64,000 nucleotides of DNA from Chlorokybus atmophyticus (lineage: Eukaryota; Plantae; Mesostigma and Chlorokybus algae). Within the stretch, counting starts at the first letter, position 1; every line of letters begins with the position of its first letter. Of this stretch, positions 48,440 through 60,228 are shown one piece after another. The notes below the pieces were generated by a model. It was not told the origin of the DNA. It worked only from the letters and a program-made list of their open reading frames with translations, and made no database searches. The stretch is taken from contig RHPI01000026.1 of assembly GCA_009103225.1 (NCBI GenBank), positions 429,210 through 493,209 of the forward strand, given 5' to 3'. The translations under genes and the position numbers were made by a program.

Positions 48440-49931
48440 TACAACTATCTAGAGGTATTCTAGCGGTTTTTGTGAGTCTGTGACGGTTCACATGGCTGGC
48501 ACAATTGCATGCCGTTTGCTGTCTGTTGCGTGTATGCGTATGTGCGCATGTGTTCTGTACCCTCCATGCCTATCGCTCAACATAACCCAGCATATGTTTT
48601 GCGATACTGTATCACTGTACTGTGATACAGTGATACAGTGCGCAAGAGTTAAATCTGCATATTGACAGAATGGACGGGGCAGCAGTCACTGAAGCAGGAA
48701 GGTGTTTCCCATGAGCAATGATAAGCATCACCGCGCGACGCAAGCCACAGAGCATGTCACAGCTTTCGCACGCAGGACATGCCATCTGCATGGGCGGTTA
48801 CAGCTAATTCTCAACAAGACAATCTGCAGACAGCACATCAAAACAGTGGTATGGGTTACATCCTCATAACGTTCTGGCATGTTTTTAATCAAGCATAAGT
48901 CGAACACTTGCAGTGCTCTGTGCGAACATGTATAGATTAGCGTTGTGGTTGATACATCAAGCTTCAAGCAGACGAAGTTTTCCGTGCTTGCTGAATGCCA
49001 AGCAAGCACTAGCTCGCAGGAGTCCATCGCGCATGCACATGATAGTACTTTCAGACACTTGTACCATTGCATTGCCACTGCTGCTGTCACACCGCGTGAG
49101 TGAGTGAGTGAACAGTGGGGAGCATTACTTTACATGCCCACTGAATGTTGCGTGCTGCACTCTGCCATTTGACCTAATTAGATATCGGAACTTCAACATC
49201 TACACTTGGGCACGGGCGAATGCCTGCAGCCGTCTGGTGGGTTCGTGACAGGGCGAGCTGACCACATAAGACACTGGCGGCGCCAGTGGCAAGCGAAGGG
49301 CTGGTCTCGCAGTCAAGTCAGCGTCGGCCAAGTCCGAGTCCAGTCCTAACCTCTCTCTACGCCCTCCTCCTTGGCCCTGCAAGTACCTGAGCCGCTGCTA
49401 CTGCTACCTCTGCTCCTTGCCCGCACCATACATCATTGCACATAGGGTCCAGCCCCCCATAGAGTTGCTGTTGTATAAGAGCTGCTAGGTGCTGTGTTTT
49501 GTGCTTGGCTTGTGGCTTGTAGCCATGTTCAAGTTAGTAAGTAAGTTGGCTGTGCGGCTCATTGATATGTGAACTAATGGCCCCGTTGGTATACCATATG
49601 CACAGTTACTCATCGCAGAGCACGTTCGCAATCACTTGCTTTACCACTAGTCCTGCATGCAACAGGTGCAATGCCAGATGCCAAGCAACAACTTGATGAA
49701 CACATTTATTGAACGCTATACCAACTACATCAACTCCCTCCACACTAAAGGAAAGAACAAACACAATCCACAGTCCCAGTGTCCGTTCCTACCATCCAAA
49801 CCTTGGCAGCAACATCATGTTGACATCAAGTTCGATATAAATCCCACACCAATGCTTATGTTACAGTGGGTCACCTGCTGCAGGGAGTGCAACATTGTAC
49901 AACATTGTACACCATGTTACCCCCTTGTCCT

Positions 49932-52157
49932 CTAGAAGGGAAGTTTGGTGGCTGAGGCAGTCAGCACGCCGCAAGATATCGCCAGCAACGCTATCTGCAA
50001 TAGACAGAAACAGACCAACATTATTTACACAAATCACATTGCCAAACTGATAACGCACATGTGAATCGATGTGCACAATTGTGTGCCTCACTCGGTATGC
50101 TCACCAGGCAGATGACCACGATAATTGACACAATTGCTGCCTTTTCCCAGTCATTATGGACAACGTGCAAGAAAGAAGCCCTGCATTCGATAATGATCAT
50201 AAGCAATGACAACAAGCATGATCAACAGGGAAGACTGAGAAAACATTGACACACAATAACATCATCTATGCCCATGCATAGTGAACAAAGACTCGTACTT
50301 GCACGAAGTGCAATTGTAACAAAGGTCCCCTCCGGTAATATTGAAGCTGCTGCAGTCCGATGAAAAGCTCGGATCACTTGCGCACCTGTCCAAACGGTTG
50401 CAGACATGAGTATGGACACACACAACACGCATCAAGTGTGTATGCGTTCAACAATAGTTCACAACAGTCACATTCAGCAACACCATGCGCTGACCAACTT
50501 ACTGCGAGGGCGCAAAGCAGCATCCGCCTTGAAGAGCGGTGATCGTGGAGTTGAGACTACTATAAGTATTGTCTTGCTGCGGGTACGACAACATGAACAA
50601 GCAACTATCAGCGCCCAACAAAGTTGTTACAGCCTTGCAGTGTTTCAGCAACATTCTATCAACTAACTCACTTGTAATGTGCTGAAGTGTTGGCACACGT
50701 CCTCGTCCTGCAGGCACGTGGCCACTTTGCTCCACGTGCTGTTGTCGTTCACCTTGTCTTGGAGCCACGTGCTGTACCCTCCCAGACTGTACTCCTTATA
50801 CCTGCAAGCGATAGATACTTCAAGACACATGAAAGTCAAAAGCAAAGTAGCAGTGACTTGATGTCACACGCATACACACACAATGCAAAACATACCCGAC
50901 GCCAGGCACCTCGTACGTGCCTTCCGAGTGCGAAACCACAAAGCTGCACGCACACAGTCCGTTAAATAAGTAAACCAGTGTTGGGATCTGCAAGCTTGAA
51001 CTTAAAAAGAAGGAGCAGAAGCGACAGTCCAAACAATTAGTAAGGCTCTCACATGAAGACGGTGAAGCCGAGGAGCGCCAGTGTCAGCGCGATGAGGAAC
51101 GCAACATACTGCACATAGCGACATTAGTACGACACACACCATTACCAACATACACACTCATCAAACTGGCATCCTTGCAATGCATCGACGTTAGACACGC
51201 AATCTCACCAGTGTCATCAGCGTCGCCTTCTCGCCCTTTGCTCCATAAAACCCAACAAACGAGCTGCAAAAACACTCAAATACGCAATTAGCAGGCACGC
51301 AAACACACACTGTCACAGTTCGATTGCGTACTCGCAAGCACGCACGCGCGCGCGCATGAACATGGGCCAGAGCATGAAGAGCATGCAGGCGACCAACCAA
51401 CCAGCTGTGTCTGTCCTGCTAATGACTTGACTGATACAGTTGTTGCCTCATCGCAACTAAGCACTTACGCGACGAAGAGGATGACGCCAAAGACGAGTAT
51501 GGGCGCCTTGAGGTATCCGAGGCAGTCGCTGCCGTGACCCGTCGCGAGCCAGATGCCCACGCCAATCAATGCAACTCCGCAACCCTGTGATGCATGGGTG
51601 TGAGAATGCGTACACACACAAATGTGTGCACGCATGTGAGAGTGTGTTACAGCGCACGTGTGCATGTATGTGTACGTGCGTGCACGCACAGTCTGAGTGT
51701 CGACTGCATTTCTCCTTGCTGAGCATTGTGAACACACAGACGCTGTTCATTGTGAGCATTCCTGCATCAAAACATGAATGCGTACGGATGAATTTAGCAC
51801 TACAGTGCAGCACAACCAAGTTGCACGACAATGACTTTGACAGCAAATGCGTCAACCACAACAGCCGACACTGACGACGTTGTGCTCTTGTGCCAGTACA
51901 CAACACAGAATTGAAGCTACTCACAACAACCTTGCACGTAATTACGTCGTGTCGTTGTGCTTGTCAGCTAACAAGACCACACATGACAATCAAGACAGGC
52001 TATCAACTCACTCCCCCATCACTCACACTGTGCAATGAAGCAAGTAGCAATCAATCAGGCTTTCACTGACCAGCGTCACGAAGTTGAGGATGACAAGAAA
52101 CACCCTCCCCAAGCCGAAGCAGTCGCAGCAGGAGCAGGAACCGCAACACAGCACCAT
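49932..52157 (-). CDS. Plant-type tetraspanin (TET family), multi-exon
   Basis: Four TM segments; GIWLATGHGSDC, YKEYSLGGYSTWLQDKVNDNSTWSKVATCL, LQGGCC, DC..LCYNCTSCK and DWEKAAIV match the plant TET large-loop cysteine pattern. Confidence 0.88.
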
Positions 52158-52256
52158 CGCTACGACAAAATGGACTCTTCCACTTTACAGTGATTAGAAT
52201 CCCCCCTCACACACACAATTCAGATCCAAATGGCACTTGGCAAACAACAACGACAA

Positions 52257-52289
<33 letters not shown>

Positions 52290-53665
52290 TGAAACTGGCA
52301 CTGACAGAGTCTTGTTTGGCTTGCTCTGAAAATTGCTCAGCTCGTTTTTGTACTTGAAGCAACTTCTGGGTTAGAGTGAAACGACCCTTGACGGAGTGAA
52401 CCGGTTAGCCACTGTACCGACAGCCGACATCGACACTGCGAATTGCAAGCGAGTCTCCTGCCTGAGCAAACTGCTCACTCGTCGGCGGAATGAAGGCCAA
52501 AACCGCGGTCAGGCGCATGCGTTAAATCCGTCTCAAAACGGTCATGTGCCGCAGCTGCCGCGTGCCAGATTGCTCGTCAAACTGAACCGCGGTTTTTTTT
52601 TTGGGGGGGGACACTTGGCAACCCCACAGTGACTGGGTTGGGTCATGTAGCAGCGCGATACTGTATGGTATAAGGGGGGTTGTAGCCGCCGCCGCCGATC
52701 ACTGCATGATGCAAACTGTAAGTATATCATGCGCTAGCTTAGCTGTACGCAGCAAACTCTCTAAAGAGACACATAATGATTTGCATTATGCTTAGCTGTG
52801 GTCACGCTTGTCACATGTGCGCTACATCCTATATAAGCGCCGCCACTTCAATGTTGCGTTCAGTCTCTGAGGTCAGTCAGACGCCTGCCTGACACTACAC
52901 ATAACGACGACTCATTGACTGACCCGAAGAAAAAGTAGCGACCCAGGTTGCTTGATCCCGATTGGCGACCCGTTACGCAAATATCGCTTCATTTTTTTGT
53001 CCTTTTCCATTGTGGTGAAGTTTATGCTAGCGGCGGCGGCGGCGGCGGCGGCGGTGGTGTAACTGCCGGCGAAGGTTGTGGCGGCGGTGATGACAGCTGT
53101 GTGTGTATGCTTGGCCGAGGTGAGATGATCCAGCTTTATGCCGTAGTTGCTTCTGGCGTGGCGTGCGTCTGCTGAAGGAATGCGGCTCTGGACATGCTTT
53201 GCTCAGTGCAAAAACCCTCGTCTCAGCAGCTGGAACGAGCATGTTGCATGCGCGCATGGCACATATTTGCACTGAAGAGTGATGATTCTTGTGGCCACGT
53301 TGCGTGCGTCAATGTCGTATGTAGCAAAGCATCACGCTGTCTGCAACTCACTTAGTGCAAGATTTGACTCGTGTAAGTTGTAAGTTGTCAATGCAGTTGA
53401 TGAACGGTACAAAACACTCAGCACGCACACACACACACACACGTGTGCACGCACGCATGCATGCATGCATACATGTATGCATACACTCGCACACCGCTAA
53501 GCACAGAGATTCACTGTTCCGTGTCAATATTCATCATCAACCACTCTGCTGCCAACTGTCTTACCTACTAACTTGCTTCTCTTCAGACTCACATGCTTAA
53601 AGCCTAACCCTACCACCCTCCACCTCCTCCTCCACCTCCTCTTCCTCCTCCTCACCATCATCATC

Positions 53666-56600
53666 ATGGGCTGTGCCAGCAGCCGCCCCAACCGTGCGCC
53701 AGTCAACAAAGGCAACAATGCTGCTGCCGGTCTGGTCGCCGTGGGAGACGTCACCAGCGACGTCAGCGACACCGCCAGCAGCAGCGTGGTTGTTGTTCCT
53801 GGCGGTGTTGGGGTTGACAAGAGTGATGGTGCGATCACCAGTGAGAGGAGCGCGAAAGAAAGTGTGATTGAGGTGAGTTTGCAGTTGCGTGAGCGTGCAG
53901 GCTTGTCTCTCTGTCGGTATCTGTCTGTCTGTCTGTCTGTGTATACGTTCATGTATCTGTCTGTCTGTGTAGATCTGTGTGTGCGTGTTGCCTAAGCATA
54001 CATGATTGCGTTGGTGCGCGTGTTGTCTTGAGGCGTGCGTGTGCACATTCGTGATTGTGTTCTTGTCTGTGCAAGCACGAGTGTATGCATGCATGTGTGA
54101 ACATGCATGCACGTGTGTGCATGCATGTTTACAACCATCATCACATGCATGTAGCCAACACTAACTCTGATCCCACTTTCATGCGCAGCAGTCACCTTAC
54201 AAGGCTGCCGACACCCTCCGCCAGCTGCCATCTTCAGTCCCTCAGCCCAACAACACTGCAACCGAAGTCATTACAAAGCCCACCAACACCAACACTATCG
54301 CAAGAGGACGCGGCAGGCAGCGCGACCCGCGCAAGCTGGAAGGATGCCAGAGCGCGTACTACATATCGGATGGCAAGGAGGTAATGGAGAAAGGTGTGGT
54401 TGTGTGTGATGATGGTTGTGAAGATTAATTGTGTGTTATGGAACCGTGCAGGTTGTGTATACTGAGGGCCAGGTGGTGGTGGTGATGGACGTTGAAGGGC
54501 GCGGGCAGCAGCGATTCTACAATGCGCACACGAGCGAAGGTGTGTGCCATTGTGTGGCATGCATGCATGCGTTTACCATACACAACCCGTATCACCCATC
54601 CGTCCATCCAGTCACTTGTGCACGCACGCATCCAACCATATCATACACTTTTTCGTTCTATCTGTCTGTTGCATTCTTTTGCTCATATACTTATTGGTCA
54701 TACGCTTGACTCCTCCTCCGCTGCTGTGATTACTTTGCAGTGCAATGCCTGGCTGTGCACGCCAAGTCCGGTCTGGCCGCCTCGGGCCAGAGCCAAGGCA
54801 GAGACACTCTCATCCACATCTGGCACACGTAAGAGCACACACGTCAACCCATCTCTTCTCTGCTCACTCTGTGCATGTCACAAACACAACATGCCGCTCA
54901 TCGCACGGCTATGCTGATGTCAAACATAGCGACTCTGTCAAACGCTTTGTCCCAAACAATCTGTCGCGTAAATGTCAAACGTAGCGATCAATTGTATGTT
55001 TTGTCCCAATCAACTTTTGCGTGTAATTGTGGACTCAGCCATTGACATACACAACCCAATATATGCGCAAGTATGCTACTTACGCACGTATGCACACCCA
55101 CACTCTTCCAGTCCCTCCCTCAAGACCTACTCCGTCCTCCGCTCCTCTCCCTCAACCACTATCCACTCCTCCCCCTCTTCCTCCCTCTCCGCCGTCGTTG
55201 GCGTCGCCGCGATCGCTTGGACAGAGTCGGCCAGCGCGCTCGTCGCAACGGACGCGGACAACGGCGTGACGGTGTGGGACGTGAGGGAGAGCGACAAGGG
55301 GAGGTGCATGGGGAAGGTGAGCGTGGGTGGGTGGGTGGGGGTGATTGTCATTGTCATTGTCATTGTCACTGTAATTGGGTGGGTGGGTGGGCGNNNNNNN
55401 NNNNNNNNNNNNNNNNNNNNNNNNNNNNNNNNNNNNNNNNNNNNNNNNNNNNNNNNNNNNNNNNNNNNNNNNNNNNNNNNNNNNNNNNNNNNNNNNNNNN
55501 NNNNNNNNNNNNNNNNNNNNNNNNNNNNNNNNNNNNNNNNNNNNNNNNNNNNNNNNNNNNNNNNNNNNNNNNNNNNNNNNNNNNNNNNNNNNNNNNNNNN
55601 NNNNNNNNNNNNNNNNNNNNNNNNNNNNNNNNNNNNNNNNNNNNNNNNNNNNNNNNNNNNNNNNNNNNNNNNNNNNNNNNNNNNNNNNNNNNNNNNNNNN
55701 NNNNNNNNNNNNNNNNNNNNNNNNNNNNNNNNNNNNNNNNNNNNNNNNNNNNNNNNNNNNNNNNNNNNNNNNNNNNNNNNNNNNNNNNNNNNNNNNNNNN
55801 NNNNNNNNNNNNNNNNNNNNNNNNNNNNNNNNNNNNNNNNNNNNNNNNNNNNNNNNNNNNNNNNNNNNNNNNNNNNNNNNNNNNNNNNNNNNNNNNNNNN
55901 NNNNNNNNNNNNNNNNNNNNNNNNNNNNNNNNNNNNNNNNNNNNNNNNNNNNNNNNNNNNNNNNNNNNNNNNNNNNNNNNNNNNNNNNNNNNNNNNNNNN
56001 NNNNNNNNNNNNNNNNNNNNNNNNNNNNNNNNNNNNNNNNNNNNNNNNNNNNNNNNNNNNNNNNNNNNNNNNNNNNNNNNNNNNNNNNNNNNNNNNNNNN
56101 NNNNNNNNNNNNNNNNNNNNNNNNNNNNNNNNNNNNNNNNNNNNNNNNNNNNNNNNCCACCCACCCATCCGTAGGGGGGGCGCAGGTGGTGATGTGGTGG
56201 TGTGGTGTGTAGGTGTATGGGGGAGCGAAGAAGATACATGCTGCGGCGTTTATCGGGAAGAGCTTGAGGTTTGCGACGTGTGGGACGACCACGCGGTTCT
56301 GGAGCATGCAGGTGGGTTAGGGGGGTGGGTGTGCACGTGTGCGCCTTGCCTGTGTGTGCATGCGCACGCGTGTATGTGTTTGTGCGCGCCGCACATGCAG
56401 GCATGCTTGCGTGTTTGATTGCAACAGTGGCTCAGAGCATAGGAGCAAACACAAGCCATGCGCGCAAGCATGAGCCCAACTCACAATTGCACACTCTGAC
56501 CAGGCGGGTGCAGTCAAGTTGGAAGGCGAGGCCAATCTCACTGCATCACAACTGCGCCTACAGAGTGGTGAGTTTCTATAGTGCAAACCCTCGCTTTGTG

Positions 56601-56974
56601 CGCATAACTACCTACCATAAGCCGACGCGATCAAGTTTGGGGGTACTCAACCTCAATATGTGTATGACATATGATAGTTGATATAAACCACGTTTCTGAA
56701 TCAAACTGCAATTGAGGGGTTGTCGTTGCTATGTCTGCAGGCCAGAAACAGGTTTCCATGTTAGCATGCACGGTGTTCTCCGACTCGTACCTCATAGCGG
56801 CCTCGTCCACGGGTCTTTTGTGCTTGTACGAGCTCGAAACCACCAGGGCGGAGATCCTTCTCACCCGCTCCATATCCGCACACTCGGGACCCATCCGCGC
56901 CCTCGACACAACAAAGGTACAACATGATGTTGTGTAAATGTTGTTCTTCTTGACACACTACTAAGGCACACGCG

Positions 56975-57015
<41 letters not shown>

Positions 57016-57257
57016 TCTTCCTGCAGGGTCATGTGGTGTCGGGTGGAGACGACGGCAAGGTCTGCATGGTTTATGTTGACGGCAACAACGGGGAGATGCG
57101 CGTGAGTCTTACGCACGATGTCGGCGCGCCGGTGAAGAGCGTGTGCATGCACCCAACGGAAGACAAGGTGCTGGTCCGCACCAAGGCGGGAGGCGTCTAC
57201 GAGCTGCATGTGCGGACGGGGGCGCTGCATATGCTGTTGAAGGAGAGGACGATGTGA
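53666..57257 (+). CDS. WD40 beta-propeller protein, EML/CFAP52-like, N-terminal MGCxxS; interrupted by an assembly gap
   Basis: Exons give VVYTEGQVVVVMD..QRFYNAHT, CLAVHAKSGLAASGQ..IHIW, AIAWTES..VTVWDV, AHSGPIRAL and VVSGGDDGKV. Confidence 0.7.
55394..56156. other. Assembly gap (N run) inside the WD40 gene
   Basis: Run of N flanked by GGGT/CCCA-type simple repeats. Confidence 1.
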
Positions 57258-57559
57258 AGATGGTGACGACGTTGTTATTGTTGGTATATATTGTGTTATG
57301 GTTTGGTTGCGGCAGATAATTGTTACAAGAAGAGTAGAGTTGATTATAATGCTCTAGCACGAGCACGGTATGCACATTCAAGGATATACCTGTAGCTAGT
57401 TGATCTTCTTGGATGACCGAGAACCTTGCAAGTTGCAAGCTCCAGCACACTAGTCCTGTATAGCATTATCCGGCATTTGCTTTTATTTACTATATCTCCA
57501 TGCAGTAGTATAAAGTAGGCTAACTATTGCGAATGGGCTTGAGGTACAGAAAATGCGCA

Positions 57560-58015
57560 ACACGTATGCACATGCTCGACACATGCAATGGACTCAGCAT
57601 CATGTCCACATGCAGTCAACACCGTTCATGTAGACCACCGGGCTACTGTCACTAGCTAACTTCACTACCTACTCTACCAACACCCCGTTAGCCATAGCAG
57701 TCAGTACATGCATGTAGTACCTGGCCACATGGGCTCGGTTAGTCATTGCAAGCTGTCAACCACATGCACATGAGCAGCAGCGACGACGACTCCCTCGCCC
57801 TCTCCTCCCCCTCCGCCTCCCTGCGCTTCTGCTGCTTGCTGCGTCGCTGTTTGCAGTGCGGTGCTGCATGTACCCTCGCAGTCCACGCCTGCAGTGCTGT
57901 GCGCGCAGTGCTGCTGTCACTTGGCTTGTGCCTCTCGCTTCATGTGCTCTTGTGCAGTGCATGTTCTGGTTGGGGTCGAGTTGGGTGGGGTTGGGTGGTG
58001 GGGTGGGGTTGTAGC
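57560..58015 (-). mobile_element. Diverged solo Penelope-like terminal repeat
   Basis: Shares ACCACCGGGCTACT (57634-57647), ACCCCGTTAG (57682-57691), CCTGGCCACATGGGC, the CTCC-rich tract and the GGGTTGGGTGGTGGGG end, in the same order as pLTR 9089-9539; boundaries approximate. Confidence 0.7.
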
Positions 58016-58324
58016 TGTAGTACCCGCTTTCCTTCTGTACTCTGATGTGTTGCTTGCAGTGAGTCACTGTACTGCTATTGGCTATGCTGTGAGTGAGTTG
58101 TTGCCAGTAATCACGAGCATAGCAGGTATGACAATTAGTGCCCGTCGGGCAGCTCTCTATTGCAAAATGCTTGTGTCCACAAGGATGCTACGCGACTACT
58201 GGTGACAATGGGCAGCGCATGGGCCGCAATGTAATGCTATCAATCAGTGAACTAGATACCCATAAACTACCAACAACTTGAACCTGAGGTAAATTGAGTG
58301 TATAAAGACTTTCATGGCCGTGTA

Positions 58325-58605
58325 CCGTATTTGCCCGAATCCCCCCCTCCCCCCCCCTAATACAACACCCCCCATTGATNNNNNNNNNNNNNNNNNNNNN
58401 NNNNNNNNNNNNNNNNNNNNNNNNNNNNNNNNNNNNNNNNNNNNNNNNNNNNNNNNNNNNNNNNNNNNNNNNNNNNNNNNNNNNNNNNNNNNNNNNNNNN
58501 NNNNNNNNNNNNNNNNNNNNNNNNNNNNNNNNNNNNNNNNNNNNNNNNNNNNNNNNNNNNNNNNNNNNNNGAACCATATGTACTGGGGGGTTCGGGCAAA
58601 TACAG
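58325..58605. mobile_element. Tc1/mariner-superfamily (Tc2-like) MITE with TA target duplication; interior is an N gap
   Basis: Left end TA|CCGTATTTGCCCGAA; right end TTCGGGCAAATACAG|TA (one mismatch in 15 bp). Confidence 0.75.
58380..58570. other. Assembly gap (N run)
   Basis: Run of N inside the inverted-repeat element. Confidence 1.
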
Positions 58606-58731
58606 TACACGAGCTCACACACTAATATGACGATCACAAGCAAGAGTCCCCGACAGCCTGACCATGCCTAGCAACCTCACCAACACGTGCGCAACGTCCG
58701 CCTATGCACTACACCAGGCACGCACATACAA

Positions 58732-59310
58732 CTAGACACCTGACGCAGCAGCTAAGGCACCATCCGCCTCCGACGCAAGCGCCCCCGTCTGCAACGAGCT
58801 CCAGCCCGGCACCTCCGCCACCGCCGCCGCACCGCGCTCGAGCATGGCCAGGCCCTGTGCGCGTTGCAGCGCCACCGCCACACGCTGTGTGAACGCCAGG
58901 TACCCACTTAGGCGTTGCAGAGGAAAGCCCCCGCGTGTACACCGCCTGAATTCGCGCACGTCTTCAACACCTCCGCGAACGCTGACCCCACTGTGCCATG
59001 GGTCTCTCCATTGCCAAGGGAAACAACTGGGGTGATTACTGTACTTGGCGGCGCTTGCCGTTCTTCGCATCATGCGCCGCCATGCCCGGAGTCATGCCAC
59101 AAGTCGTGACGGTCACGTCTAGCAGCCAACGGTGGTCACGCCCCGGCTCCGACGCCACCAAATCTACACGCCCGCCGCAAGTCTCACCGAGGTGTAGCGG
59201 CATAAAGTCCGTCTGCTCACGTGACACCACGTACGCCGCCTCGCAACGCAAAACCACATGCATTTCGTCACGCAATGCGTTATGCCTAAGACACATTCGA
59301 GAGGCCGTGA
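58732..59310 (-). mobile_element. 5'-truncated, frameshifted remnant of a CRE/R2-like non-LTR retrotransposon (restriction-like endonuclease domain)
   Basis: Across frames: RHNALRDE...GRVDLV...LLDVTV...AAHDAK..KY...FP.AMETHG...RVAVALQRAQG, the typical C-terminal REL pattern. Confidence 0.72.
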
Positions 59311-60228
59311 TCTAGGGCAGGATAGATGGCATTATACACAGCAGGGCAAAGGCAGTATATGAGCTGTATAGGCTGTCCAGTTATCCGATGCAAGAGAGCA
59401 CGCCAAAGTTCGTGCACACACAGTTCACACATGCACAAGCAGAAGGCAGTCAACAAGCACAGGGACAAGCAATCAACAAATAGGCAGAGGCAACTTGGCT
59501 ACGCGCACAAGTCTAAGTAATGCGAGGCAAGGGCGTAGCAAGCGGGCATAGGCAAGGCAAGGCAAGGCAACCTACACATATCATAGAGGTATGTCAAGAG
59601 TGCTGAGCATAGGGTGTTACACTGCATGCATATTTGTCGTGCGTGTGGTAAATGCACGTGATGCAGCTTGCATCTTTTGTACACCTTGTATCGTAGCTCA
59701 CTGATTGAGAATGTGTGCTGTATGCGCTACAGAGCACAATTGTCATCTTTCACAACCAATATCACACAGCCATCAGATTTGTGTCACTGCCCCAGCAGTC
59801 CACAATATTGCAGTCATCATGAACTGTTGTATCCTACGAGGTGAAGTAGATGTCACCGCGTCAGGGAAACTGTACAGCATCCTACAGCGCATTTGCTTTT
59901 GAGGTCACAACACATCATCCTGCACAGTGCTGTGCTTCGTTGTTTCTGTCAATGCCATTAATGCGTAGACCTTGCCTTGTATTAGAAGGTACTACCCCTC
60001 TATTACCATTGACATGCAAGTGTTAGCTGTCAGTGCACTACAAGCTAGACATGTACAGGCTTGTCCATCAGACTGATCACTCTGTACAGCCCCCATGCAT
60101 ATACGACAACAGCCTTGATGCTTCCCACTACAGCAGCCACACACCATTGCAATATAGCAGCAAGGAGGAGCAGCCGCAGAAGCCGCAACAGGCTAATGGA
60201 CAATAATACAATACGGATACTAGTTTTG

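Noticed and set aside
49200-49382. 60-aa ORF as an extra gene or tetraspanin last exon
   Set aside because: The tetraspanin already stops at 49932; the segment resembles the repeat at 21.4 kb
54972-56418. 300-400 aa ORFs in the track
   Set aside because: They are translations through the N gap
58571-58586. 16-nt identity with 63538-63553 in RAPTOR
   Set aside because: Isolated short match with no flanking similarity; chance or gap-edge artefact cannot be distinguished
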